Notes under the pieces: generated by a model
What the model was told of the DNA's origin: nothing
Databases searched by the model: none
The model's input: the letters and a program-made list of their open reading frames with translations, nothing else
Position numbers and translations under genes: made by a program
Shown here: positions 62,402-64,000 of the stretch, in pieces
Layout of the letters: every line of letters begins with the position of its first letter
Position numbering within the stretch: position 1 is the first letter of the stretch
Origin: Octopus bimaculoides
Lineage: Eukaryota
Assembly: GCF_001194135.2 (NCBI RefSeq)
Contig: NC_068985.1
Span: 3,185,591 to 3,249,590 of the forward strand
Direction of reading: 5' to 3'
Length of the DNA stretch: 64,000 nt

Positions 62402-63628
62402 TACTTACAGACTGAGCTTTTGATTTAGAAATTTTAACACTTTAAAAATGTTTAAAGTTAGATACAGTATCAGAGATACATGCATATCTTTTTCAACAAA
62501 CCTGCATAAGTCCTTGCATAAATGCATGCATACAATTATTTTTTCCTCCATGTATACATGCATGCACAAATACACATGTCCACATGCACACACTTTTATT
62601 GAAAGGTTTAAAGAGACGGCATATTACCCATGGGCAATGAAGTGCATTCTCAGATTGCATAAATAAAAAAAGAATGAGTGGTATTGGTGTAGTTAATGCT
62701 TCAATAAGAAATCCCTGTTTGGAGGAAATACATGAAAAGACTGATATTTCCATAATGAGGCGATCTTAGAAAAAAAGTACTGCATGTAATGTATGATGTA
62801 ATTATTAAAGAAACAGGCTCAATATGTGACAAAATAAAGAAAGTTATTCTGGTTGTAATAGTCTGTAAATTACAAGAAGCAAATCGATGTTGCAGCAGTT
62901 ATTAAAGAGACAGAAGGAGCAAAGATCTGCAGGTTCTCAATGAAAGAGAGTTTGCAAATCAGAAAACAGTTTTGTTTTTATTTTATTTTCTATCTACATC
63001 ATCAGCTTCGGTTTCAACCATGCCAAATGTTGGTCCAAAATAACCTTTATGATGATGTAAAACCCATTAAGTGTTATTTTTTTTTCCCTTCAACTTTTCC
63101 TTTGAGTTTTGATCAATACAATCACCCCCAAAACTAATTTGTATGCAGAACAAAAGGGAACAGTCAAATTTGTTCCTATGTGCATACCTGAGTAAGTTGT
63201 TTTTGATGGAAATAACAGCTTATCTGTAAAGTTCATAAAGAATAAACAGCAAAGAAAAGATCAGAGGCCAACAACTACACTTATTGGTTGTGTGCCTCGA
63301 CAATGAGGTTCAACATTCCCACCACTTGCCACACCCGTCTCAATTTCCCTTGCCAAGAGGCTTGCCAGTACATGGAAGATTTTTCACCCGTCTGCAGTTG
63401 TCCATTTTAATTAAATGCATAACTTGGTACTCTTCCGCTGCACATACTGAGTGATGACTTTAGTTGTGAACCACTTTTTCAAATCATTTGCACTGCTTTC
63501 CGTCCAAGATAATGTATTGCTCATCTAATGAATTATACTCAACTTGTTTCTTTCCAGTCACTACAGATGTTCAACAATTAATGGTCACATCTGTCATACA
63601 ATATACCAATTCATATATGTGTGTGTGT

Positions 63629-64000
63629 GCTGCCAGTAAGGTGAGGGTTGGAAATGAGTACAGCAATGAATTCCGGGTAGAGGTAGGGGTCCACCAAGGT
63701 TCCGTCCTCAGCCCCCTCTTATTTATCATAGTCCTCCAGGCAATCACAGAGGAGTTCAAGACAGGTTGCCCCTGGGAGCTCCTCTATGCTGATGACCTTG
63801 CCCTAATTGCGGAGTCACTATCAGAACTAGAGGAGAAGTTTCAGGTGTGGAAGCAAGGTCTAGAATTGAAGGGCCTTAGAGTCAACCCAGCTAAAACCAA
63901 AATCCTAATAAGTAGGAAGGTAGATAAAACACAAACCCCTTCAGGTAGATGGCCCTGCTCAGTATGTAGAAAAGGAGTAGGTAGTAACTCTATAAGATGT
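63629..64000 (+). mobile_element. 5'-truncated RTE LINE reverse transcriptase segment, open to the window edge
   Basis: AASKVRVGNEYSNEFRVEVGVHQGSVLSPLLFIIVLQAITEEFKTGCPWELLYADDLALIAES..WKQGLELKGLRVNPAKTK..WPCSVCRKGVGSNSIRC; YADD at 63785-63796; no stops. Confidence 0.93.

Overview
AT-rich, microsatellite-dense animal genomic DNA with three assembly gaps. The SINE/LINE families look like octopus (coleoid cephalopod) repeats; this is recognition from memory, not a search result. The only host coding sequence I can support is one 101-nt minus-strand exon (43460-43560) of a Greatwall/MASTL-type kinase. No neighbouring exons were found by eye, so the window is probably all intron. Mobile content: (1) a Helitron with an uninterrupted 1454-aa RepHel ORF (23-4387) and a CTAG 3' end at 4773; (2) an internally deleted Helitron of another family (29496-31274); (3) two DD37D maT/mariner copies that share the same TGA stop; (4) many RTE-clade LINE fragments whose 3'UTRs carry variable tandem hairpin arrays; (5) R4/Dong-, HERO- and CR1-like relics, two tRNA-derived SINE families and a piggyBac-like MITE. 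The most interesting signal is at 47204-47669: a TSD-flanked unit made of a tRNA-like Pol III head, an (AAT)n spacer and a Penelope-pLTR-like body carrying a minimal hammerhead ribozyme motif, plus an inverted second arm. A related inverted hammerhead pair lies at 11286-11544. This looks like a Pol III-driven, ribozyme-carrying non-autonomous retroelement.
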